Shown piece after piece: positions 10,157 through 19,761 of a stretch of DNA of 52,978 nt. Where the stretch lies: positions 1-52,978 of the forward strand of contig LSNW01000036.1 in the NCBI GenBank assembly GCA_001566965.1, given 5' to 3'. The DNA is from Methylothermaceae bacteria B42 (GTDB taxonomy: Bacteria; Pseudomonadota; Gammaproteobacteria; Methylococcales; Methylothermaceae). Positions within the stretch are counted from its first letter, which is position 1; each line of letters opens with the position of its first letter. The notes under the pieces were generated by a model. It saw nothing but the letters and a program-made list of their open reading frames with translations, did not search any database and had not been told where the DNA came from. A program made the position numbers and the translations under genes.

Positions 10157-11008
10157 ATGAATTTGCAGCAAATTAAGTATTTCCTCGCAGTCATAGATGC
10201 TGGAACATTCTTAGCTGCATCCGAAATGGTGCATGTCAGCCAACCAACGCTTTCGGCGGGAATCAAAAAGCTAGAGGACTCACTAGGTGTGAAGCTATTT
10301 CATCGAGGTGGGAGAAAGGCTATCTTGACCCGAGAGGGCGAAATCTTTCATTCGCAGGCTCGTGACGCATATGCCAAGCTCATAAATGTCAAATCCCAGC
10401 TTTCCGGTGAGGTCAGTACAGTAAGAATTGGTGTGAGCAATTCCGTTCCCATGCCCAGTATCACAGAAATGATGAAGTCCTATGTCAGACTGCACCCCTC
10501 TTCAATCATTGAGATCACGGTGGGTAACAGCAACATTCTTAAAGATGAGTTGATGTTGGGGAAAATTAACTTGCTCTTTTCTGAACGTATACCTTGTGAG
10601 GCGGAATGCAAGGTATTGTTTACGGAATCTCTAGAGTTGGTAGTTTCAAAAGACAACCCTCTATCCACACTTGATGTCATCAATATACATGAAATTAACG
10701 GGTTCCGATTTGTAGATCGGCGACAATGCGACGTTTGGCACAAAGTACAATCACTTATTGAATCACGCGACATAGTATTACATAAAGTCTGTAGCGCGGA
10801 AGAAGATGAAACGGTATTGTCGCTAGTTTCATCGGATTTGGGGGTCTCAATAATGCCTCGTCGCAATACACCCTACCATGTAGCCTTCGTAAGGATTAAT
10901 GAGCTAAATGTGCTTCGCCCTATCTGCTTGTATCATGATGTGAGTGATAATCCACAAGCATCTGTTTTATTGGAGTGCGCAATGAAGTTCTGGGGACACA
11001 ATACTTAA
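10157..11008 (+). CDS. LysR-family transcriptional regulator, divergent from the SDR gene
   Basis: N-terminal wHTH (MNLQQIKYFLAVIDAGTFLAASEMVHVSQPTLSAGIKKLE) followed by a LysR substrate-binding domain. It is AT-rich like its SDR partner. The start was refined from 10124 to ATG 10157. Confidence 0.85.
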   Translation: MNLQQIKYFLAVIDAGTFLAASEMVHVSQPTLSAGIKKLEDSLGVKLFHRGGRKAILTREGEIFHSQARDAYAKLINVKSQLSGEVSTVRIGVSNSVPMPSITEMMKSYVRLHPSSIIEITVGNSNILKDELMLGKINLLFSERIPCEAECKVLFTESLELVVSKDNPLSTLDVINIHEINGFRFVDRRQCDVWHKVQSLIESRDIVLHKVCSAEEDETVLSLVSSDLGVSIMPRRNTPYHVAFVRINELNVLRPICLYHDVSDNPQASVLLECAMKFWGHNT

Positions 11009-11400
11009 CTACCCGCCTTTGGCCCAGGTTTCTTTTTCCGCAAGTCATCTCGCCCAAGCAGCTTTTCTGCCATTTGCACAAAACCAGCATCTCCCAATGG
11101 ACGCCCGGTTCGTTCGTGCCGCTCGAAATCTGGCAGATCCTTTAGCCGCATTGCTTCCAGATACCCATCCCAATCCCCGACCAAAGACAATAACGGCCCG
11201 GTTGCCACGATACCCTACCCGTCTCGACCCTTTAGATGCGCATGTACACTACTCCACGGGTAATCCCAAGCGTACCGCACCATGCCGGCCTTGACCGGGT
11301 TCAACTCAACATAAACCACCGCACTTAACAACCAGCCCTCATCCATCGGGTAGGAAGCAAATCGCCCCTGCCATAAATAACCGCGCTATTTTTCCCGAAA
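11005..11400 (-). pseudogene. Degenerate C-terminal remnant of a RAYT/IS200-like (COG1943, Y1 HUH) transposase
   Basis: The minus strand encodes ...VKAGMVRYAWDYPWSSVHAHL... (the YPWSS..AHL motif), then after an in-frame stop the ORF ...ERHERTGRPLGDAGFVQMAEKLLGRDDLRKKKPGPK. Both stretches are hallmark C-terminal segments of REP-associated tyrosine transposases. No N-terminal HUH or catalytic part is present. Confidence 0.6.
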
Positions 11401-11424
11401 ATTAATCATTTTATTGGGGGAAGC

Positions 11425-14400
11425 TTAAAGAGATTCTTTAATGAACATATCGTATAGTTTCATGGTTTCCGAAGAAGGTCTGGAATGTAACTTGGCGTCA
11501 AATAGCTGACAGAGCTGGCTGTATGTTGTTTCGATTTGATCGACCTGTCCGGTTTTTTCATAACAGCGCATTAAACCCTGATAAAATGCCTCGGGCAGTT
11601 CATCGATGCTCAACGCCCTAAGGTAGATATCAATCGCCTGTTGGCATTGATCAGCAACTTCATATCCTTCAGCCAAAAGGCAAGTGGCGCGAACAAACTG
11701 ATGATGCAACCGGTCGCGCATCGACAGTATCCAATGCTCGCTATGGTTTGCCAAAAATTTTCCAGCGTACAACTCATAGGCTTTTTCCAGTTGCGTGCTA
11801 TCATCATGCATATGCCGGCATATGCGGTCAAAGCAGCTAGCATCGACCCAGCAATAGTCAGGATTCAAACCCAGTTTGCCATCACTGTACAGAATAGCCT
11901 GCTTTTCTTTTAACAATTGACGCGCCCGTTTAACTGTTGTTCGAAGGCTGTTGCACGCAGCATCACCGTCCGCGTCAGGCCATAATGCTTCCATGATCAG
12001 CGCGTCGGAGACATTTTGACTTCCGAAAGCAACCAGCGCCTTGATCAACTCCAAAGGTTTTTTTGGGGCTTTTTTGTTAAAAACCACTTCCTTATTATTG
12101 ACCACCAACCGAAAGCCGCCCAATGTATAAATTTTTACGGGGTACGGCCACAGGTCTGTTTCATATCCAGGCTCCGGCAGTAATCGGTGGCGAGCTATCA
12201 TTTCCTTTACATAGTCTTTTTCAATACCATTCTGCAAGGCTAGTGAACAAAACTTTGAAAAATCCTGATCCCGCCACCAGAACGCACTGTAAATCCTGGC
12301 GCCGCCGAATAAATCAGCCAGGGCTGCGACACAGGCTTTCTGATTGTTATTGATTAAACAGTCTTCCGCATCGACAATACGGGACAAAAATATCAGCATA
12401 TTAGAGTGTGCAGTTGATGGGTCTTGGCGAATAGAGCGGGTCAATTCCCGCGCCTGGTGATGGTCCCCTCGTTTTAATAAATAACTTGCATAACAAACAT
12501 CAACAATTTTTTCCAGCATCACGGCGCCGACCATGCTGGCCAGTTTTTTTGCCTGTCCAATGTTTTCACCGGCGGCATGAATGTCGCCAGTATGTATTTC
12601 ATACCAGGCTCTCAAAACGTGATACATCGCATCATGAAACTCGCCTCCCAAGGCTTTGGTTTCATTCGCTCGCTCAATGTAGCGCGTTGACTGCTCGGTT
12701 TTGCCATGATGCAGATTCAAATAACATAGCTGGTCATAAAGACACGATTTCCACAGATAAATCCCTGTTTTATCCGAAAGTTCAACACCCTTGCGAATAT
12801 TGCCGAGGCATTCTTCCTGTTTGAAAACCGTGGCGTAATAATTGCCCAGCATGGTATGCCAGGTAATTTTTACCAAAGGAGAAGTCTGTTGCTGATTCAT
12901 AAGGGGTTGAACGGTCTGCACCAGCATTTTTGCTTTTTCAAACTCGCCGCACCACCAGGTCAGGTGAAACAAAAGTTGACCAGCCGCCTGCACCCGGGTT
13001 TCAAAATCCTTGCCGAGCATGACAATGTTCCATACTTTTTCCCTGTATTCCGGCATTTTTTCATGCCCGGGCTGGCGCCACATCAAAGCCAGAAATACCG
13101 CATAATCCACTTGCGCCTGAATCACAGGGTCGCCCTGTTCTCGCGCCAAAAGAACAATCGAGTCCAGGTCTTCAATCCAGTGATCCAGGGTTTTTACTTC
13201 ACTCCAGGCGCTTGCATAGGCATTGACAGCGGCGCACCAACTTGCAATTTGCGCCAGCGCATCCTTTTCTTGCTTGCTGGACTGGTATGCTTTTTGAAAA
13301 TAAGCAATGGCTGCGCGAGGAGTTTTGGATGTTTCTGTGATTCCGCGCCAATAGCAGAGCCAGTGATTCCGGGTTTGCATTGGTTCTGGCAGCGAGACAA
13401 TCCAGTGACGAAGGGTATTGTGCAAGCCTTTCTCAATCATTGTGTGCGCGTTATTCTCAATCACAGCGCATAATCGCCGCCATTGCCGGGCCTGGCGAAA
13501 TAACTCGGCGGCATGATCAATATTATTTTCACGCAATAAAATCTCGGCGGCCTGTACGCGGCACGCATTCAATTTGTCCCGCCCGAAAAGCTGCTCAGCT
13601 TGCGCCAGTAAAAATTCACGGAACAGGGGGTGATAGTGAAAGCTGTCAATGGCGCCTGAGCAGTGAAAAGTAAAATAATTGCGCTGCGCCATGTCCAGCA
13701 ATATGGCTTTGGCCTGAGAGTTAGCTGTTAATTGCTTGGCGACAGGGATGTCAATCTGTTGCAAAACAGCGGTTTTTAACAGAAACGCCTTGACCGTTTC
13801 GCTGGTGTGTTGAAAGATCTCGCTGGCAAAATAGTGAAATATCTTATAGTGAGTATATTCTGTTGTCGTTAGAGGCAACGCCTTGTCAGCAGACTGTTCC
13901 AGCATCAGAATGAGACCGGCGGCCCAGCCCCGGGTTGTGTGATGCAGGGCTGCAATTTTGTTGTGATCGAAAAGTTGTTCGATGTTGCGTAACCTAATCA
14001 AGCCGCCGATCTCGTCTTCAGTAAATTCCAGCGGTTGTCCGTCAAGCCATTGCATATCCCCGGTTGTCAGCATCCGCGTCAGATTTTCCGCAGGCGAAGA
14101 TCGGCTTATTATCACAATACGGATAGTCGATGGAATTTCTCCAAGGAGAATCGGTAATAAGGGTTCAAGCGGATGGTTGCCGCCGATATCCTGAAAATTG
14201 TCAAACACCAGAACGGTGTTTTCCGGAAGCCGAGAATAAAAATCACGGATGAAATTCCGGGCGAACACAGCAATGCCGTGCTCATATTCCGGTGTCAGCC
14301 GCGGCAGCAGACCTTTTGCCGGGGCGTCTTGCTCGGCCAATAGCGCAAGATAATAAAAGAAGGAGGCCAGATCGCTGTCACCCGCATCAATCCGAAACCA

Positions 14401-14679
14401 CAGCGGCGTTATGGCTTTGGCTTGAAAATAACTTAACACCAATGCCGTTTTACCCGCCCCGGCCGCCCCCGATATCCAGGCAACCGGGTGTTCCAGCATC
14501 GCATCCATTTGTAAAAAAAGCCTTTTTCTCTCAAATACACGACTGCAATGCGGAACACTTAGCTTGGCGAATGATCGTGCTTGATACATGGTCATGAGTT
14601 CGGGTTCGATCGCTCCTGTCAAGCAAATACTATCATACGTAACCATGTAAATTCCCCCCATCTGTTCCCAATCTGTCAC
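11425..14679 (-). CDS. Large signal-transduction NTPase regulator: N-terminal P-loop (AAA_16/STAND-like) ATPase, central TPR-like helical repeats, C-terminal OmpR-type winged helix plus BTAD (a permuted SARP/AfsR-like architecture)
   Basis: 1084 aa. Walker A GAAGAGKTAL near the N-terminus with hhhhD Walker B (VLVFDNFQD). There is a long alpha-helical repeat region. The C-terminal ~250 aa read IYTLGGFRLVVNNKEVVFNKKAPKKPLELIKALVAFGSQNVSDALIMEALWPD...VKRARQLL (an OmpR/PhoB-type wHTH) followed by BTAD-like helices. Confidence 0.8.
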   Translation of the reverse strand: MTDWEQMGGIYMVTYDSICLTGAIEPELMTMYQARSFAKLSVPHCSRVFERKRLFLQMDAMLEHPVAWISGAAGAGKTALVLSYFQAKAITPLWFRIDAGDSDLASFFYYLALLAEQDAPAKGLLPRLTPEYEHGIAVFARNFIRDFYSRLPENTVLVFDNFQDIGGNHPLEPLLPILLGEIPSTIRIVIISRSSPAENLTRMLTTGDMQWLDGQPLEFTEDEIGGLIRLRNIEQLFDHNKIAALHHTTRGWAAGLILMLEQSADKALPLTTTEYTHYKIFHYFASEIFQHTSETVKAFLLKTAVLQQIDIPVAKQLTANSQAKAILLDMAQRNYFTFHCSGAIDSFHYHPLFREFLLAQAEQLFGRDKLNACRVQAAEILLRENNIDHAAELFRQARQWRRLCAVIENNAHTMIEKGLHNTLRHWIVSLPEPMQTRNHWLCYWRGITETSKTPRAAIAYFQKAYQSSKQEKDALAQIASWCAAVNAYASAWSEVKTLDHWIEDLDSIVLLAREQGDPVIQAQVDYAVFLALMWRQPGHEKMPEYREKVWNIVMLGKDFETRVQAAGQLLFHLTWWCGEFEKAKMLVQTVQPLMNQQQTSPLVKITWHTMLGNYYATVFKQEECLGNIRKGVELSDKTGIYLWKSCLYDQLCYLNLHHGKTEQSTRYIERANETKALGGEFHDAMYHVLRAWYEIHTGDIHAAGENIGQAKKLASMVGAVMLEKIVDVCYASYLLKRGDHHQARELTRSIRQDPSTAHSNMLIFLSRIVDAEDCLINNNQKACVAALADLFGGARIYSAFWWRDQDFSKFCSLALQNGIEKDYVKEMIARHRLLPEPGYETDLWPYPVKIYTLGGFRLVVNNKEVVFNKKAPKKPLELIKALVAFGSQNVSDALIMEALWPDADGDAACNSLRTTVKRARQLLKEKQAILYSDGKLGLNPDYCWVDASCFDRICRHMHDDSTQLEKAYELYAGKFLANHSEHWILSMRDRLHHQFVRATCLLAEGYEVADQCQQAIDIYLRALSIDELPEAFYQGLMRCYEKTGQVDQIETTYSQLCQLFDAKLHSRPSSETMKLYDMFIKESL

Positions 14680-14740
14680 AGATGCCTTGTTACTATTGCA
14701 GCCGAGAAATACCTTAGGATTACGTTTAGAGGTAAATATT

Positions 14741-15736
14741 ATGAAACGACAACAAAGCTATCTTAACCACTCCAACCCATACCCCAGACAGAACCGCAGG
14801 CAACCGGCCGCCACACAAACTCAGCATCAATACCGGCGCATGTGCTGTAACCTTTTTGTTGCAGTGCTTGCTGTCTCAGGGTTGATTTCCACCCAGGTCG
14901 CGCAGGCGGTTTCGTTGCCTCGGAATATTGTCAGTACCATTGAATACACTAAACTTCATTCTTCAACGACGGCAGATTTCTTTGATACAAGAGCTTTCGA
15001 TGTTAATCCTGCTCCTCATGTGACCAATCAGGCTTTAGACAATAATTCCAAGTTGGTGGGCACCAGCTACGCAGATGCTCAAGGGCAATGGGGGAACTCA
15101 GCGAATGCCCGTTTTATTGATGCTGGTATTGAAGCAACCTCTGTTTATCAGGCCACTTTTACCAAGCATAGTGATCAGGATGTCTTAACGACCAGGATTA
15201 GCAATACCTTTTTATCTTTACGGGACTTTGGTAGCTCGGTGCAGGGTGATCTGGAAGCTAGGTTTAAATTTATTGTAAACATATCCCCTCGCCCGTCATT
15301 CACATATACTCCAATCATTGGTGAGGTTTCGCTACGGGGTCGAGCAGGCCGAGGTTTTTCATTATCTGGTGATACTGATCTTTTTACCGGCATCTATACG
15401 GAAGAGGTAAGTCCAGTTGGGACGCCTTTAGCAGCCGTTTATGATTTGGATACTTTTTCAGTCGAGATTCCTCTGTATCAACAATTCACTGAAATCGCTG
15501 TCGGTGATGAATTTATAGTTGAATGGGTTGCAATTTCTTCCGCAGTTGCACAAGGTGGAGAAACATTAGCTAAAACTCAGTTCTGGGACCCCATTGGTGG
15601 TACGCCAGGGCCATTTTTTAGTGTTGGCCCGAGTGTATCAACGGTGCCCGTACCCGCTGCAATCTGGCTATTTGGCTCAGGGTTTCTCGGTCTTGTCGGA
15701 ATAAGCGCCAGGAAGCGCAGACCGATTCAAGACTAA
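14741..15736 (+). CDS. PEP-CTERM sorting-domain protein (predicted exosortase substrate), secreted
   Basis: Signal peptide (…NLFVAVLAVSGLISTQVAQA). The C-terminus VPVPAAIWLFGSGFLGLVGISARKRRPIQD has a VPxP motif, a TM helix and an Arg-rich tail, which is the PEP-CTERM architecture. The start was set at ATG 14741 with a GAGGT RBS. Confidence 0.78.
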   Translation: MKRQQSYLNHSNPYPRQNRRQPAATQTQHQYRRMCCNLFVAVLAVSGLISTQVAQAVSLPRNIVSTIEYTKLHSSTTADFFDTRAFDVNPAPHVTNQALDNNSKLVGTSYADAQGQWGNSANARFIDAGIEATSVYQATFTKHSDQDVLTTRISNTFLSLRDFGSSVQGDLEARFKFIVNISPRPSFTYTPIIGEVSLRGRAGRGFSLSGDTDLFTGIYTEEVSPVGTPLAAVYDLDTFSVEIPLYQQFTEIAVGDEFIVEWVAISSAVAQGGETLAKTQFWDPIGGTPGPFFSVGPSVSTVPVPAAIWLFGSGFLGLVGISARKRRPIQD

Positions 15737-15900
15737 TCTGCTTTAAGGCGCAGGGATGCGCCTGCTGCTTCTGCCCGGTGGCTTCACCAAATCAAGAGGC
15801 GGCGCCGGTGACGGGAAACTGAAGGACACCCATGGATTTGATCCCCGGATTGCCCCATGCTAGTTTTTTTAACCTCCACAATCAACCCTGAACTTCCAAC

Positions 15901-17132
15901 ATGACCAAAGCCCGTTCTTCTCGCGTCTCTCTGCAGGACACCCCCAGGTACCACTGCGTCAGCCATTGTGTCCGTTGCGCCTTTTTGTGTGGCGAGGATA
16001 GCTATGCGGGGGAAAGTTTCGAGCACCGGCGGGACTGGATTGCCGAGCGGATCAAGCAACTGGCGGGAATCTTCGCCATCGACGTGGCCGCCTATGCGGT
16101 GATGAGCAATCACTGGTGGTGCGCATCGACCGGGAACGGGCCTTGGGCTGGTCGGTGGAGGAGGTGCTTCAGCGTTGGACGATGCTGTTTTCCGGCCCGC
16201 CTTTAGTGACGAAATATCTCTCAGAGGCCCGTGGTGAAATGAGCAAGGCGGAAATCGCCAAAGTGGAGGAGCTGGCGTCGATCTATCGGGGGCGGTTGTA
16301 CGATCTTTCCTGGTTAATGCGCACTTTGAACGAGTACATCGCACGCCGCGCCAATGCCGAGGATGGCGTGAAAGGCCGGTTCTGGGAAGGGCGTTTCAAG
16401 AGCCAGGCGTTGTTGGATGAGCCTACCCTGCTGGCGGCGATGGCCTATGTAGATTTCAACTTGGTGCGGGCCGGGATTGCCGAAACCCCGGAAACTTCGG
16501 ACTACACCTCGATTCAAGAACGGGCCGGCGGATTGCCGGAAAAGATGGAAACCGCAGAACCACCCCCGCCTGAAGTCCAATCCCGAGAGCCTAATGTTCC
16601 CTTGCCGGAAGCCTAGGTCCAAAGCCTGCCGCAGGCCCCCTTGATGCCCTTCGACGCCACCGGTCGCACCCCCTTTACGATTCCCTTCGCCTTCGAGGAT
16701 TATCTGGAACTGGTGGACTGGACTGGCCGGGCCATTCGGGATGACAAGCACAGGCATATTCCTGCTCATCAGCCCAAAATCCTGGCTCGATTGGGCATCG
16801 ATGCTGAAGTCTTCATCACCCACGCGGATCGGCTGTTGCAGCGCTTCGGCACGGCAGTGGGGGCGCCTTCGTCGCTGGTCAGCCTATGCGCCAGTCGGCA
16901 GAGCCGTTATCTGCGCGGTATTCGGACAGAGACGTTTGTTCCAGAATCAGCGGGCTGCTTGATGCCGGATGTGGTTTCGGCGGCACGTTGGCCGGCCTAT
17001 ATGAAAATAGAAATTGACAGGCTCAACATCGATCAGCGCCAATTGGCGCATGCCAGAATGCCGGAAAGCGTGTGTTCTCATGGCGGCTATGGACAAAAGG
17101 GACATTACTGCTTTGGAATAACACGATTGTAA
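15901..17132 (+). pseudogene. Frameshifted Y1 (HUH) IS200/RAYT-superfamily transposase gene
   Basis: Three consecutive ORFs in different frames (15901-16206, 16116-16616, 16641-17132). The N-terminus reads MTKARSSRVSLQDTPRYHCVSHCVRCAFLCGED...AYAVMSNHWW, where the expected HUH motif (SNHYHLVL) is broken by a frameshift. Downstream reads GRFWEGRFKSQALLDEPTLLAAMAYVDFNLVRAGIAETPETSDYTSIQ, the Y1 catalytic-Tyr region. At least two frameshifts are present. Confidence 0.7.
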
Positions 17133-17139
17133 GGCAACC

Positions 17140-17168
17140 TTGATTTTGGCAGTGGAGAACTATACAAT
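17140..17168 (+). promoter_or_regulatory. Predicted sigma70 promoter of the atp operon (TTGATT-N17-TACAAT)
   Basis: -35 TTGATT at 17140-17145, a 17-nt spacer, -10 TACAAT at 17163-17168, about 30 nt upstream of atpI. It starts 8 nt after the transposase pseudogene stop. Confidence 0.55.
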
Positions 17169-17197
17169 CCATCGCTTATTTGTGTGTGGTTGATAGA

Positions 17198-17563
17198 GTG
17201 GACAGTCTGGTTATCGAAGCTGTCAGGAGAATCCTCCACAGGCAAATAGTGGTATTGCTGTGTGTCGCCCTTGCAAGTTGGATAATTTTCGATTGGCAAG
17301 TAGCCCGCTCGATTTTACTGGGTGGGGCGATATCCTGGATACCAAACGCCTATTTGGCGATAAAAATAAGCCGCTCGAGCGGCAAAAAACCCGAACAGAT
17401 TGTGCGCGGGTTTTATATCGGGGAAACAGTGAAATTCATCTTAACGATGGTCTTGTTTGTTATGGTATTTCAAATGCCAAATATCCTGTTTTTGCCGTTA
17501 ATGATTGGATTTGCCGCAGTATTGAGCGTGCATTGGCTCGCGCTCCTGTTGGAAAAAAGCTAA
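17198..17563 (+). CDS. atpI: ATP synthase protein I (AtpI)
   Basis: Small hydrophobic protein preceding atpB. The track start at 17180 lies upstream of the likely transcription start, so the GTG at 17198 (VDSLVIEAVRRIL...) was taken; the start is uncertain. Confidence 0.7.
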   Translation: MDSLVIEAVRRILHRQIVVLLCVALASWIIFDWQVARSILLGGAISWIPNAYLAIKISRSSGKKPEQIVRGFYIGETVKFILTMVLFVMVFQMPNILFLPLMIGFAAVLSVHWLALLLEKS

Positions 17564-17579
17564 AAGTCTTGAGATTTAA

Positions 17580-18350
<771 letters not shown>

Positions 18351-18360
18351 TTTAAGTTAA

Positions 18361-18669
<309 letters not shown>

Positions 18670-18732
18670 GCATTATAAAGTCCTCGAAAGAAGGAATATC
18701 CCATTCACCTTGGAGATTAGAGGTCAGGTGTT

Positions 18733-19212
18733 GTGAGCATTAACATTACCCTCTTGGGGCAAATGATCACTTTTGCGCTTCTGGTGTGGTTCACCATGAA
18801 GTATGTGTGGCCGCCCCTAACAGAGGCGCTGGAAGAGCGCAAAAAGAAGATTGCCGAAGGTCTGGCTGCTGCGGAACGCGGCAAGCATGAAATGGAATTG
18901 GCGGAAAAACGGGCCAAGACCGTCATAAAAGAAGCCAAGGATCAGGCGAATGAAATCATTACCTTGGCGCAGAAGCGTGCCAATGAAATTGTTGACGAGG
19001 CCAAGGAAACCGCCCGGGAAGAAGGCAACCGGATAATCGCGGCAGCGCGTGCGGAAATTGAGCAAGAAGTTCACCGGGCAAAAGAAGATCTCAAAGAACA
19101 AGTCTCTCAGTTGGTAGTCACCGCAGCAGAACAAATCCTGCATAAGGAAATTGACAAAGCCAAGCACCAGGAAATTCTTGAAAATGTGACCAAGCAACTG
19201 GAGCAAGCGTAA
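18733..19212 (+). CDS. atpF: F0F1 ATP synthase subunit b
   Basis: GTG start, N-terminal TM helix, then a long charged coiled coil; 159 aa. Confidence 0.9.
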   Translation: MSINITLLGQMITFALLVWFTMKYVWPPLTEALEERKKKIAEGLAAAERGKHEMELAEKRAKTVIKEAKDQANEIITLAQKRANEIVDEAKETAREEGNRIIAAARAEIEQEVHRAKEDLKEQVSQLVVTAAEQILHKEIDKAKHQEILENVTKQLEQA

Positions 19213-19748
19213 TGAGCGAATTGTCCACGCTTGCAAGACCCTATGCCGAGGCCGTCTTTAAACTGGCCTTGGAGAGCGGGAAACTGGATCATTGGTCTGA
19301 AATGCTGGAATTCTTGTCCCTGGCGATGCAGGACAAGGAGTTGGCTTGGGCGGCGGTCAACCCCAACGTCTCCAAGGAAGATCTATTGCGATTGATCTTG
19401 GATGTCGGCAAGGGGTACTTGGATAAAGAAGGTCAGAACTTCGTCAAACTTCTGGTTGAGAATGACAAGATTACTTTAATCGATCAGATACGAGAGCTTT
19501 ATGAACAATTTCGGGCGGAGCACGAAGGGTTGCTTGATGTCGAGGTCAGGACAGCTTATGCCTTGAGCAAGGAGAACGAGAAAAAACTCAGTGCCGCCTT
19601 GGAAAAGAAATTTGGCAAAAAGGTCCGCTTCCACGTTATCAAAGATAATAGTCTGATTGGTGGCGTTCAGATCAAAGCAGGCGATAAAGTCATTGACGGT
19701 TCAGTCCGTGGGCAATTAGAACGATTGGCAAAAAGACTCTTCAGCTAG
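19212..19748 (+). CDS. atpH: F0F1 ATP synthase subunit delta
   Basis: 178 aa beginning [16 protein letters not shown] (OSCP/delta signature); start overlaps the atpF stop. Confidence 0.9.
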   Translation: MSELSTLARPYAEAVFKLALESGKLDHWSEMLEFLSLAMQDKELAWAAVNPNVSKEDLLRLILDVGKGYLDKEGQNFVKLLVENDKITLIDQIRELYEQFRAEHEGLLDVEVRTAYALSKENEKKLSAALEKKFGKKVRFHVIKDNSLIGGVQIKAGDKVIDGSVRGQLERLAKRLFS

Positions 19749-19761
19749 AGCGAGATAAAAA

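Noticed and set aside
11019-11294. 91-aa plus-strand ORF next to the LysR gene
   Set aside because: It lies antisense to the RAYT remnant, whose minus-strand frames carry the diagnostic YPWSS and RTGRPLG motifs.
15784-16344. 186-aa minus-strand ORF
   Set aside because: It is antisense to the Y1 transposase pseudogene in a GC-rich stretch, with Pro/Arg-rich low-complexity translation and no start context.
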